A stretch of 64,000 nucleotides of DNA from Candidatus Micrarchaeota archaeon (GTDB lineage: Archaea; Micrarchaeota; Micrarchaeia; Micrarchaeales; CABMGC01). The stretch is from positions 35,438 to 99,437 of the forward strand of contig JAJZOD010000009.1 in assembly GCA_021852055.1 (NCBI GenBank), written 5' to 3'. The notes under the pieces were generated by a model. It had not been told where the DNA came from. It made no database searches and saw only the letters and a list, made by a program, of their open reading frames with translations. The position numbers were made by a program, and so were the translations under genes. Positions 19,055 to 28,480 of the stretch are shown here, in pieces; the stretch's first letter is position 1, and the number at the start of each line of letters is the position of its first letter.

Positions 19055-20177
19055 CCAAATCCGCGCGCTTCCTTAGCTTCGCATCCATATACACTATCTC
19101 TTTTCTCTGTTTTATGGAGTCATACATATTTTCAACAATGCTTTTCAGGGTCTCTTCAAGGCTGAATCCTGCAGCCGAAGCAGATACTACACCCTGCTTG
19201 GCAAGCCACACCCTAAGCTTCATCTCATAATTCTTTGCTCGGTGTCTTTTTATGTTGAATGCAATGCTATCCACGCTTATGTTGTGGAATTTGTTTATTC
19301 TATCTGCAAGCGCCTGCAGCTCTGAAGTTATATCCTCTCTAAAATCCGAGGTATAATCATCAAGCCCTGATATCATTATTTTGTCCTCAGTTGTTGCTGA
19401 TCCTGCCGCAACAGTTTCGAACAGGTCCCTTATTGTCACTATTCCCACTGGAACTCCAGATCTTGTGACTACAAGCGATGATATATTGCCTTCCACCATG
19501 TCGCGCATTGCTGAGTCTGCGCTTTCATCCTGTGCTATAGATCTAACGCCGCTTTCTGCTATGTCACCGACAATTCCTTCCCGCCTTTTTTCACTAGCCC
19601 TCTCGGGAAGTCTTGAATGCAAAGAAGCGTTGTCCAGAATATGCCTGTTTGTAAGTATCCCCTTAAGCTTTCCGTCCGAGATCACAGCCAGCCTTTTTAT
19701 ATTGCTCTGGCGCATAACTGCTTTTGCAGTGGAGACTGTCGAATCAGAATCTATTGCAACAAGCGGGGTTGACATTATGTCCTTAACTTTATATTTTGAA
19801 AGCAGGTGGAGTGAAAGTATTGCCTTAAGCATGGTCTTCCTGCTTACTATGCCTGTGATCTTCTTGTTCTCATAATAAGGCAGCGCCTTTGCTCCAGAAC
19901 CGTAAAACTGGTAAACCGCCTTCTCTATGCTTGTATTGCTGTCAAGCACAGGAACCTTCAGTGCAAATTTGCTTATTGCAGACTTGTTGCTTATTTTTGT
20001 GCCTTTTTTCAGGACAGACCGGTCATCAACAATCCCATAAAACTCCCCGTTCTTGGTAACGACAACTGCGCCGTATTTGTTTATTTTTGCAAGTGCTTCT
20101 GTAAGTGGCGCTTTATGGTCATAAAAATCAGTTTCAGAAACGAATTCACTTGGCACAGACTCAAAGGCTATTTTCAT
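19044..20177 (-). CDS. four-CBS-domain protein with an extra C-terminal alpha/beta domain
   Basis: Repeated CBS patterns (GIVDDRSVL, GIVSRKTML, GILTNRHIL, GIVTIRDLF). The C-terminal 110 aa are unassigned. The stop overlaps the start of the pilin-like gene by 11 nt. Confidence 0.7.
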   Translation of the reverse strand: MKIAFESVPSEFVSETDFYDHKAPLTEALAKINKYGAVVVTKNGEFYGIVDDRSVLKKGTKISNKSAISKFALKVPVLDSNTSIEKAVYQFYGSGAKALPYYENKKITGIVSRKTMLKAILSLHLLSKYKVKDIMSTPLVAIDSDSTVSTAKAVMRQSNIKRLAVISDGKLKGILTNRHILDNASLHSRLPERASEKRREGIVGDIAESGVRSIAQDESADSAMRDMVEGNISSLVVTRSGVPVGIVTIRDLFETVAAGSATTEDKIMISGLDDYTSDFREDITSELQALADRINKFHNISVDSIAFNIKRHRAKNYEMKLRVWLAKQGVVSASAAGFSLEETLKSIVENMYDSIKQRKEIVYMDAKLRKRADLDEE

Positions 20178-20319
20178 AACAACACCAATACATGTATAAT
20201 AAATATCTGTATATTTATAACTTAAATACCTTTCTTACCTACCAAAATTGTGTTGTATTTGCAGTATTTGTTGCATATGTTTGGGCATATACTTACAAAG
20301 GGCAAATTAATTTTGGTTT

Positions 20320-20390
20320 GCCAGGATGGCAGATCGGCTATGCGTCCGCCTGCAGAGCGGAATAGGGGGATTCGACTTCCCCTCCTGGCT
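20320..20390 (+). tRNA. tRNA-Cys (anticodon GCA)
   Basis: GCCAGGA-TG-GCA-GATCGGCTA-TGC-G-TCCGC-CTGCAGA-GCGGA-ATAG-GGGGA-TTCGACT-TCCCC-TCCTGGC-T. Confidence 0.85.
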
Positions 20391-20408
20391 TAATCCTCAT
20401 GGTTCTAA

Positions 20409-21812
20409 TCAAGCGCTGCTTTTCGCAAGACCCGGTTTTATGGCAGATATGAGGTTGCGCAGTATATCGCTTCTATCATAGCCCTGTGAAAGTTTTATAT
20501 TGGCTGCGGTTCCGTGTCCTCCTCCGGACTCTATCTCCTCTGCATGCGAGTTCTTGAGTTCAGCTATTATGCCAAGTATGTTTACAGATTCAGCTACACG
20601 TTTGTCTACCCTTATGGATATAAACGAACCGAAGTAAAGCAGCAGAACAGCCTTGCCCTTGTTTCTTTCGATAAGCTTATCTAGAAGCTTTGACGAAAAT
20701 CTGCCAGGGAGAGGATATTTAGTGTCTTCACTGCGCACAGCATCGAAGTCTACTACATATATATTGCCATCCCCTGCTTTATATGTTTTCATATGCTGCA
20801 ACGCCAGATCTATCGCCTCTGACATCTTTGCTTTGGAGTACGCGAGAAGCTCGTCATATCTGCCTTTGTTCATAACCACTGTATCTATGTCTTTTGGAGT
20901 GAGGTTCCTAGTCTGCTGTCCGACAGCTATCCTAACGTCACTTGTCAACAGGTCAAGGAGCGTTGCAAGTTCGCTTCCAGGGCCGTTTTTGTCCGCATAC
21001 TTGCTGTAATCCCCTACAAATGAGGCGTTCTCGATCTCTTTGGTGTCTGTTCTTGCGAGAGTCTTGGATAATACAATAGCGAGAAACCCTGCAGTGAAGT
21101 CAGATGTGCCGCCGAACTGCCACGGATTCAGATAAAACTGCAACTTCTTGCCCTCAAATCCTTCTTCAAGCGGATGGTGGTCGAGCCATATTACATCGAA
21201 TTCGCTGCTTATGTTTTTTATACCTGCATTGCTCATCACTGATGTGCCAAAATCTATAATTACAAGAAGCGGTTTTTCTATACATACTGTGTTGGCAGCA
21301 GATGATTTGTCATTTATAGCATCTGTTACATCGTACGTTACTCCTCTGTGCATCGCCCACCTTATTCGTCCGCTCCCCAGATTTTTCTCTGATAAAAGTC
21401 CGTCAATCGCTTTGTAAAGGGCATATGCGCCGCTTGATCCATCTGCATCATTGTGGAAACGTATTACTATGTGGGCTCCAAGAAGCAGTTTCTTCACTAG
21501 CATTCTGGATGCGGAAAGCAGTGCAGGCCGCATTCTTAATACTATGTCGTTAAGCTCTTTTATGGCTGTTTTATACTCGCCGCTTAGAACCATCTGTTCT
21601 GTCTCTACATCGGCAATTGTTTCTATTTCATCTATCTGCGCTGTACCGGATATTTTTGTTATACTTCCATCCTGTATCTCTACTTTATTGCACAGCTTCA
21701 TGCCATCTTTGCATGCAGCATCCTGCACAATCACGCCTTCGTCATCGAAATGTACGCAGTGGCAATTTTTCCCTGAAGCCGTGCCTCTTATTCCTGTCAC
21801 TACATACTCCAA
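20409..21812 (-). CDS. DHH/DHHA1-family RecJ-like phosphoesterase (archaeal RecJ/GAN/Cdc45-like)
   Basis: DHH motifs HNDADGSSG, IIDFG, LDHHP and GGGHGTAA. Confidence 0.7.
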   Translation of the reverse strand: MEYVVTGIRGTASGKNCHCVHFDDEGVIVQDAACKDGMKLCNKVEIQDGSITKISGTAQIDEIETIADVETEQMVLSGEYKTAIKELNDIVLRMRPALLSASRMLVKKLLLGAHIVIRFHNDADGSSGAYALYKAIDGLLSEKNLGSGRIRWAMHRGVTYDVTDAINDKSSAANTVCIEKPLLVIIDFGTSVMSNAGIKNISSEFDVIWLDHHPLEEGFEGKKLQFYLNPWQFGGTSDFTAGFLAIVLSKTLARTDTKEIENASFVGDYSKYADKNGPGSELATLLDLLTSDVRIAVGQQTRNLTPKDIDTVVMNKGRYDELLAYSKAKMSEAIDLALQHMKTYKAGDGNIYVVDFDAVRSEDTKYPLPGRFSSKLLDKLIERNKGKAVLLLYFGSFISIRVDKRVAESVNILGIIAELKNSHAEEIESGGGHGTAANIKLSQGYDRSDILRNLISAIKPGLAKSSA

Positions 21813-21835
21813 TTTACCACCGACATCCCCTGTTT

Positions 21836-23053
21836 TTACGTATTGTTATATATATTCTGCAGGCATGCTGAATTCAGACTTGCATTGTTTATATAGGTGC
21901 AGTAACTCGAGTTTACATATGCCTGCGCCATTGCAGCAAAACACGTATACTGCGCCTGGGACTGAAGAGTCCTGCACACGCTAACGTTCTTTGTCCCTAT
22001 AGCCTTGAAAATAGTTATAATTGTAGCGCAGCCTGGCACCGAAACAGTCGCATTCTCGCACAGCCCTGCAGAAATCTGGCTGTAGTTGAGGCCCGTAAGG
22101 TTCGGTATGATTGAACTTCCTAATGAGTTTTCAGATACAGTTGTAATTCCAGATGTGCCTAAAGAAGCGGTTGAATTTCCGGGAGCGCTTTGTATGAAAT
22201 CGCTGCACAGCCCGGATAGCGTTTGATTAACTATGTAGTTGCAGTATTCAGGTTTGCCAAGTTTGTATGACACATACAAATAGCACAAATCTCTGGCGCT
22301 ATACGTCACATTCGAAAGAAACTGAACATAGCTCAGCGGCGTCTCGAAGTTGCTGTTTACAACTATGTTGCTGCCTGCATTGCTGCTTGTGCCGTAGCTG
22401 TAAATTCCCGAATACGTTGCTATACTGTTGACCGTTTCCGGATTTGTGGAATTGCTTACGGACATGCATGCAGTGGCGTTTGAAGTAGCATAAACATAGC
22501 TCAGTTCTGCAGCAGACATGCATACAGAATGCGAGTATGTACTGCCGATGCCGCTGCATATTGATGGGTCATGCAGCTCAGAAGCCATATTGCTAAGGCA
22601 CTGGTATTCATAAGACGCGTTTGTGCCATTTAGTTTATAACAAGCCGTATACGCGCCTGTTTTGCTTGCAACTGTGTATACGCACGTGCTCCTGCTCTCT
22701 TGATTATTTATGCCGAGGCATGTGCTAGAATTTGATGTATTAATTGCTATGGAGTATAAGCACTGGTCTGTTCCCTGGCTTGTGTCCAGATAAGAGCAAA
22801 GAGTCGCGTTTTCAGATGAGTAAGCAAGATTGCTTATGCATGTATCCCTATAGCCTGAGAGTGCTATCCCAAGGCAGGCCTTTATCCCATGCGACTGGCT
22901 GCTGCCCTGAAGCAGCACTACTGCAGCTGCAATGAGTGCAAGCACAATTGTTGACAAAACCAGAAGCCTTAGTTTTTCATCTCCTCCGAGAGCCTTTAGC
23001 AACGGATCCCGGCTTTTTACCGCCTTCACCTCCTTCCGGACAACTGCTGGCAT
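21836..23053 (-). CDS. N-terminally anchored extracellular Cys-rich repeat protein, function unknown
   Basis: One TM helix (LLVLSTIVLALIAAAVVLL), then more than 25 Cys in a recurring C-x10-13-C spacing with many N-x-S/T sequons. Confidence 0.5.
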   Translation of the reverse strand: MPAVVRKEVKAVKSRDPLLKALGGDEKLRLLVLSTIVLALIAAAVVLLQGSSQSHGIKACLGIALSGYRDTCISNLAYSSENATLCSYLDTSQGTDQCLYSIAINTSNSSTCLGINNQESRSTCVYTVASKTGAYTACYKLNGTNASYEYQCLSNMASELHDPSICSGIGSTYSHSVCMSAAELSYVYATSNATACMSVSNSTNPETVNSIATYSGIYSYGTSSNAGSNIVVNSNFETPLSYVQFLSNVTYSARDLCYLYVSYKLGKPEYCNYIVNQTLSGLCSDFIQSAPGNSTASLGTSGITTVSENSLGSSIIPNLTGLNYSQISAGLCENATVSVPGCATIITIFKAIGTKNVSVCRTLQSQAQYTCFAAMAQAYVNSSYCTYINNASLNSACLQNIYNNT

Positions 23054-23118
23054 TTACTCAAGTATACTTTTAAGGCAACTTTATTAAGGCTTTTCAGCTA
23101 TTACTAATCTGTGATTAC

Positions 23119-23883
23119 TTGGACAGGAGAATGCTTTTAATAGGAATTCTGCTTATAATAATCTCCGTCTTTGTCGGCAGCACGCAGATTGCTCAGCCGT
23201 CCACAGAGATGCCATACGCGTCAGGTTCTGTGGTTGCTCCAAACAGCTTTGTTTATGGCGCTCTCAAGCTAAATTACAGTAATTTTATCTTTATATATAA
23301 TTCCAGCAATCCGGTAAACTTTTACCTTCTAAACGACTCTGGTTTTGCTTACCTGAAATTATACAACTCCGTATCCGTGTTCTCAGGCAATACTGCAGGG
23401 CATGGGGTGATATATAAGCTCCTCAACAAAACGCAGGGCGGTGTGCTCTATGCATATAACTATTCTACAAATAGCTCGGCAAATGCATCAATACCTTACT
23501 TTATAACAGGTGGCTCTGGAAACAAATACCACGGAAGCTACTTCTTTTTATTCAGCAATCAGGGCAATACTATAAGCAACGTAACATACGAATATGTGAA
23601 CGGTCCGCTTGGCAACAGCTCTGCAGAAGTATACTCATACGTCTCAACACCCGGCAGCATAGTGTCCGCAATACTTTTCATAGCCGGTGTGGTTCTTATA
23701 TTTTTCTCGCTGTTTAGGAAAAGAGAGAAGAAGGTGCAGAGCGATATCGACATCGAGGCTTCTAAGCTGTACAGTTCGATATCTGCGAAAAGCAATCCAG
23801 TGAGCAATAAACCCCGCAGCAACAGGCAAAAGCGCAGATCAACAGGCAGCAAAAAGGGCAATAGAAGGAAGCGGAAAAGGTAA
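23119..23883 (+). CDS. bitopic surface protein, function unknown
   Basis: N-terminal TM helix, sequon-rich ectodomain, C-terminal TM helix and an Arg/Lys-rich tail (RSNRQKRRSTGSKKGNRRKRKR). Confidence 0.45.
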   Translation: MDRRMLLIGILLIIISVFVGSTQIAQPSTEMPYASGSVVAPNSFVYGALKLNYSNFIFIYNSSNPVNFYLLNDSGFAYLKLYNSVSVFSGNTAGHGVIYKLLNKTQGGVLYAYNYSTNSSANASIPYFITGGSGNKYHGSYFFLFSNQGNTISNVTYEYVNGPLGNSSAEVYSYVSTPGSIVSAILFIAGVVLIFFSLFRKREKKVQSDIDIEASKLYSSISAKSNPVSNKPRSNRQKRRSTGSKKGNRRKRKR

Positions 23884-23981
23884 TGACACACGCAGAGCAG
23901 AGTTCATGCACGATTATTATCCAAATCAAGTTCGTCAAAAGCTTTAATACATCTTCAGTGTATAGTAATACAGTGCATTAT

Positions 23982-24671
23982 ATGGATAGTTTGCAAGAGC
24001 GGATGGCTGGAGAGATAACGCTATCCGAGACTCCCGGAAGCACAATGAAAAAATGGCGCGAGCTTTTCGGCATATCGCAAATAGACCTTGCAAAGTATCT
24101 GAAAATATCAACATCAACAATAAGCGATTACGAAGGCAACAGGCGCGCCAGTCCTGGCGTAGGCGTCATAAAGCGCTTTATAGCAGCTCTGTACACTATA
24201 GACACGCAGCGCGGCGGCGAGGTAATACGCAATCTGGAGAAATTCAGCAAAAAAGATGAGGCGGGATCCTTCTACTCTATACATGATTTCTCTGCGCCTA
24301 TATCCGGCACTGACATAGTCCGGCTTATAGATGCCAAAATAATAACGAATCCTAATTATCTGGACTCTATGAAATTATTCGGCTATACTCTTCTGGACAG
24401 CCTGCGTGTTATCTTAGAACTTTCACCTGCAGAGTATCCCAAGCTATTCGGCACAACAAGCGAACGCGCTTTTATATTTGATCAGGTCAGCACTGGCAGG
24501 TCTCCCATGGTTGTTGTAAGGGTGGCTCCTATAAAACCAAAGCTTGTGGTAATACAGAATCTTGATACTGTAGACAAGCTTGCAATAAAGATCTCCCAAA
24601 TAGAGCACATACCTCTTCTTACTACCAAGCTAAATGCCGAAGAGATAAAGATGCGTCTCAATAACATCTGA
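23982..24671 (+). CDS. XRE-type HTH transcriptional regulator with a large C-terminal domain
   Basis: MKKWRELFGISQIDLAKYLKISTSTISDYEGNRR is a classic HTH_3 pattern. Start refined to the ATG at 23982. Confidence 0.6.
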   Translation: MDSLQERMAGEITLSETPGSTMKKWRELFGISQIDLAKYLKISTSTISDYEGNRRASPGVGVIKRFIAALYTIDTQRGGEVIRNLEKFSKKDEAGSFYSIHDFSAPISGTDIVRLIDAKIITNPNYLDSMKLFGYTLLDSLRVILELSPAEYPKLFGTTSERAFIFDQVSTGRSPMVVVRVAPIKPKLVVIQNLDTVDKLAIKISQIEHIPLLTTKLNAEEIKMRLNNI

Positions 24672-24748
24672 ACAAAACCCAGGAGTACGCAAATACTGCT
24701 ACGTATCCTGTGCAGACCATGCTCCTGTTTTCTGTCAAGTGCAATGAT

Positions 24749-25480
24749 TTACTGATCCGATCCTGCAGATGCGATGTCTACCCCCGATGGGGTTATCCGA
24801 TAAGGAACTGCTATGTGCTTGTGATTCACGCCCCGCATTTTCCTGACCTCGAATGTAGGCGTGCGATTCCCGTTCTTGTTTAAAATAGTGTCAAGTATAA
24901 TAAGGCCATCATAGATTGAGAACTCAGGCTGATATTTTGATGCATTTTCGCTTTCAAGCTCCGCAGTTATGAGTGATGTCACGTGCTGCCTGTTCAATAT
25001 AACAAGAAGGCTTGTTGAAAGATTTCTGTATTCAAACAGTGTATTTGGGTAGAGCTTTATATACGATAGCGAATCTATAACTATGCGTCTGGCATGGTAG
25101 TCTTCTATCCTCGACTGCAGCTGCGATATCATGCCCGTAAATGCGTAGTTTGTGCTCTCCGAGCCCTTCTGCATGAACGTCTTTGTCTCTTCGTAACCGA
25201 ATATTATTATCTTCTTTTCATTTACAAAATCGTCTATCCTCTTTAGCTCCGGAAACGATTCTTTTATGCTTTGCAAAAGTATGTCTGTATCCTCATTAAA
25301 AGAGAAAAATACCCCGACCTCGCCGTTCTCTGCACCGCGATACAGATATTCAAACGCCAAAAGCGTTTTTCCTGAACCTGGGTTGCCTGCAATAACTACC
25401 TGGCTTCCTTCAGGTACTCCCCCGCTGAGAAGTGCGTCAACGCCTTTTATTCCGATCTTAATGCGATTTCTCATAACCAC
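24749..25480 (-). CDS. KaiC/RadA-like RecA-superfamily ATPase (single domain)
   Basis: GIKGVDALLSGGVPEGSQVVIAGNPGSGKTLLAFEYL (Walker A) and RIVIDSLS (Walker B). Confidence 0.7.
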   Translation of the reverse strand: MVMRNRIKIGIKGVDALLSGGVPEGSQVVIAGNPGSGKTLLAFEYLYRGAENGEVGVFFSFNEDTDILLQSIKESFPELKRIDDFVNEKKIIIFGYEETKTFMQKGSESTNYAFTGMISQLQSRIEDYHARRIVIDSLSYIKLYPNTLFEYRNLSTSLLVILNRQHVTSLITAELESENASKYQPEFSIYDGLIILDTILNKNGNRTPTFEVRKMRGVNHKHIAVPYRITPSGVDIASAGSDQ

Positions 25481-25565
25481 AACTTCTTCATTGCATAATT
25501 AGTATTATGGCAAATGCTTTATAGGTTTTTACGTAAAAATAGGATTCAGTCAGCGCTGCAATTCG

Positions 25566-26288
25566 ATGCAATTTCTGATGCAAATAAACGATGTTATGAA
25601 AAACACTAAAAGTAGCCTCTTCAAAGCGTCGTTGCGCCTATCAGCCATAGGATCAACGTACTTTTTAGTCATAGCAGCAATATTTGTGGCGCTGGCATTT
25701 TTCTCCTATGGCATTTTTTCAATTGCGGCCCAACTATCAGGGACTTTCGGAATTTTAGAATCATATAAAACCACAATCCTGCTAAGGGCGCTGTTCTCTT
25801 CCGCAACAGCATTTATACTCAGCTTCTATATTGCAACACTCTATCGCTCAGCCGAGTATATAAAATCAGGGAAGAACGTGCACTACGTTGAAAGCTTCAT
25901 GAACGGCTTCTCGCGCCTTGTCCATAACAAAAACACTACGTTTGCTGTAATTGGATTCGGATTTATAGCAGGAATTATCTCCGGAATGTACACCATTCCG
26001 GGAGGCATAACAGTTAACCTTGCATCAGGAGCGGAAGCAGGGCTTTTTATAGAGGGATTATTATTCGCAGTAATAAGCGGGATTTCGCTCTCAGGATATT
26101 CAAACACAAAGTACTGCACAGATTTTCCAACACTGTTCAGCTACATAGGCAAACGCTCCGGCAGTTCTAATCTGCTTCTTTATGCTTCTGCGCTTCTACC
26201 TGTGTTTATTCCCATAATGCCATATGTAGTTGTACTTCAGCTATTCCTGCTTCCCATTTCCGTGGCTATTGTAAGCTTGTCAAAATGA
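25566..26288 (+). CDS. polytopic membrane protein, function unknown
   Basis: 240 aa with about 6 hydrophobic helices. No motif recognised. Confidence 0.4.
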   Translation: MQFLMQINDVMKNTKSSLFKASLRLSAIGSTYFLVIAAIFVALAFFSYGIFSIAAQLSGTFGILESYKTTILLRALFSSATAFILSFYIATLYRSAEYIKSGKNVHYVESFMNGFSRLVHNKNTTFAVIGFGFIAGIISGMYTIPGGITVNLASGAEAGLFIEGLLFAVISGISLSGYSNTKYCTDFPTLFSYIGKRSGSSNLLLYASALLPVFIPIMPYVVVLQLFLLPISVAIVSLSK

Positions 26289-26344
26289 CCGTCAGTTGAA
26301 GCTATGAAATCAATGTAAGCCTGTTTTGAATCAAATTGTATAAG

Positions 26345-26415
26345 TGGAGGTACAGAGAATCGAACTCTGGCTTGCAGAATGTCAATCTGCCGTCCTACCA
26401 TTAGACGATACCTCC
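26345..26415 (-). tRNA. tRNA-Val (anticodon GAC)
   Basis: Reverse complement: GGAGGTA-TC-GTCT-AATGGTA-GGAC-G-GCAGA-TTGACAT-TCTGC-AAGC-CAGAG-TTCGATT-CTCTG-TACCTCC-A. Confidence 0.85.
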
Positions 26416-26436
26416 ATGTTGCCTTTATTTATTCAG

Positions 26437-27327
26437 TCAGATATGCAATTTATAGCCGTCTGTTGCAGCTACCGAGTTCCTGAAGCGGCTGTGCACCTCT
26501 TTATTTATAATATCCAGGTTCTTGTATCTTGCGCTAAAGTGCGTTATTATCAGCATTTTTGCTCCGGCCTTTTTTGCTATTTCGGCTGCCTCCACTACTG
26601 TGGAGTGCTTCCTCTTCAATGCAAGCTCTCTATATTCGCTTGTAAATGACGACTCGTGTATCAGGACATCCGCGTGCTTCGCTGCAGTGATCGTGCTCTT
26701 CGTGGGTCTTGTATCGGCGGCATAGACTACCATCTTGCCGCGCTTAGGTACTGTAAGCCCTTTGGTGCTTATCCTTTTGCCGTTTATGTAAGTATATCCT
26801 CTCTTCTCCAGATCCGCGAACATGGTGCCTTTTATGCCGAGTTTTTTGCATTTGCCTTCAATGAACTGCGTTTTGTCGTCTTCCTTGAATACAAATCCAT
26901 ATGTCGAAACGTTATGGTTTAGCTTAAATGCCGACACTGTAAATCCTTTGCCTTTGTATATGACACCTGTATTTATTCCGATTATGCTTATCGGATAGCC
27001 TATTATCGGCTTGTCAAACACTATTAAATTCTTTACTGCCTTCTCAAAGCCTTTCGGTATGAATATCTTAAGCTCATCAGTGCGGTTGTTAAGCGCAAGT
27101 GTGCGCACAAGCCCTGCTATCCCTATAACATGGTCGCCGTGTATATGGCTTAGGAATATGGCCTTCAACTTTGCCGGGTTTACTCCGTAGCGCATCATCT
27201 GCATCTGCGTGCCCTCTCCGCAGTCGAAAAGGAAGGAGCTGCCTTCATAGCTCAGTGCAATAGAAGGCAATGACCTGCTTTTTGTAGGCAGAGAGCCTGC
27301 GGTACCCAAAAATGTTATATCTATCAT
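26437..27327 (-). CDS. rnz: ribonuclease Z (tRNA 3' endonuclease)
   Basis: Metallo-beta-lactamase motif LSHIHGDH, the N-terminal ITFLGTAGSLPT...FLFDCGEGTQ pattern, and a C-terminal ITHFSARY. Confidence 0.85.
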   Translation of the reverse strand: MIDITFLGTAGSLPTKSRSLPSIALSYEGSSFLFDCGEGTQMQMMRYGVNPAKLKAIFLSHIHGDHVIGIAGLVRTLALNNRTDELKIFIPKGFEKAVKNLIVFDKPIIGYPISIIGINTGVIYKGKGFTVSAFKLNHNVSTYGFVFKEDDKTQFIEGKCKKLGIKGTMFADLEKRGYTYINGKRISTKGLTVPKRGKMVVYAADTRPTKSTITAAKHADVLIHESSFTSEYRELALKRKHSTVVEAAEIAKKAGAKMLIITHFSARYKNLDIINKEVHSRFRNSVAATDGYKLHI

Positions 27328-27361
27328 AGACTCAAGACTCCTTCAATTTCTTACTGACTAC

Positions 27362-28480
27362 TTATTGTTGCAATGTTATTTTAACTGTTTTGTTCTTCAG
27401 GTCGAGCTCCTTAACCTCAAGCTCAGGGAATTCGGATTTAACGTCGTCAAGCGTTGCTCTTTTGTTCTCCTTTAGATAAGCGCACAGTGCATTTATAATG
27501 TTCATCTTCTCCAATATGCGCTTGCCATATTTTGCATATTCGGCAGTATCGGCAGACAACTGCGATAGAAGCTGCTCCTGCTTCTCTATATTCAGCTTCA
27601 GCTCCTTCAGCCTCCCCTCCTTTGCAGTGTCTGGAACAGATGATCTTTCGTGGAGATAAAGCTCATCGAGGAGCGAAGACATAGTGGCAAAATTCTTGCT
27701 TTTCATGCTTTCATATTTGGCTATGCTGCATGCTGCAAAATCTGCTGCTGCGCCATCGCTGTTGTAGTATATGCGCGGTGTTTCTGTAGCTATCCTCCTG
27801 CCAAAAACCAGTATCTGCTCTGCAATGTTCTGGCGCTGCTTCTCAGAAATAGATGCTGCTCTCGGATCAAGCCCTGCCCGTGTTATAATATCCTCCAGGT
27901 ACATAGGTCCGACATTAAGGATTTTTGCAGTCTCGGCTATGAGGCTCTTCCCAGTCCCGATGCCGCTTGCTATCCTCTCTGCAGCCTTCCTGTCTATGGC
28001 AAGCGGATCCTCTGAACTAGATTTTGGATATTCATATTTTGTTCCAACCTTTATCTGATGTGCTGCATGTATGTTGGTCCTGTAGCAGGCTTCTATGGTG
28101 CCTTCAGAATCTATTAGGAACATATTGCCCTTGCCGTACATCTCTAATATAATAGTGCGCTTGCCTTTGTCCAAATTGAATTTTATTATCCTGTCATGGT
28201 TCTCCTGTTCAATTGTGTCCACTACGCTGTTCTCAATCCTTTTCCGTACAGCCATTGCAAACTGGGTGGCTTCATCAGCAGGTTCGCTAAAGCTCGTAAT
28301 GTTGATCGTTCTGAGAAGTTTTATGTATACAAGGTGCGTCTCGCCGTTTTTATAGAATGCTATCTTAAATGCCCCGCTCCCGAGGTCATAAAACTTTCTA
28401 ATCCTTGAAAATTCAACTGATCCTTTTAGTTCACGCACAAGAAGTCCTATCTCAAGAGCAGTTATCTCATGCATCCCCAA
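27362..28480 (-). CDS. NFACT-N domain protein (short Rqc2/FbpA-family homolog)
   Basis: The N-terminal pattern ITALEIGLLVRELKG...RIRKFYD...LVYIKL...IILEMYGKGNMFLID resembles the NFACT-N domain. The C-terminal half is coiled coil. No NFACT-R region is present. Confidence 0.5.
   Translation of the reverse strand: MGMHEITALEIGLLVRELKGSVEFSRIRKFYDLGSGAFKIAFYKNGETHLVYIKLLRTINITSFSEPADEATQFAMAVRKRIENSVVDTIEQENHDRIIKFNLDKGKRTIILEMYGKGNMFLIDSEGTIEACYRTNIHAAHQIKVGTKYEYPKSSSEDPLAIDRKAAERIASGIGTGKSLIAETAKILNVGPMYLEDIITRAGLDPRAASISEKQRQNIAEQILVFGRRIATETPRIYYNSDGAAADFAACSIAKYESMKSKNFATMSSLLDELYLHERSSVPDTAKEGRLKELKLNIEKQEQLLSQLSADTAEYAKYGKRILEKMNIINALCAYLKENKRATLDDVKSEFPELEVKELDLKNKTVKITLQQ

Noticed and set aside
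24970-24985. Third occurrence of GATGTCAC (inside the KaiC-like gene) as another IS end
   Set aside because: Only 8 nt match, there is no hairpin or flanking similarity, and it lies inside an intact coding frame.
26344-26649. 101-aa plus-strand ORF
   Set aside because: Its 5' part is the reverse complement of tRNA-Val and the rest is antisense to the RNase Z gene.
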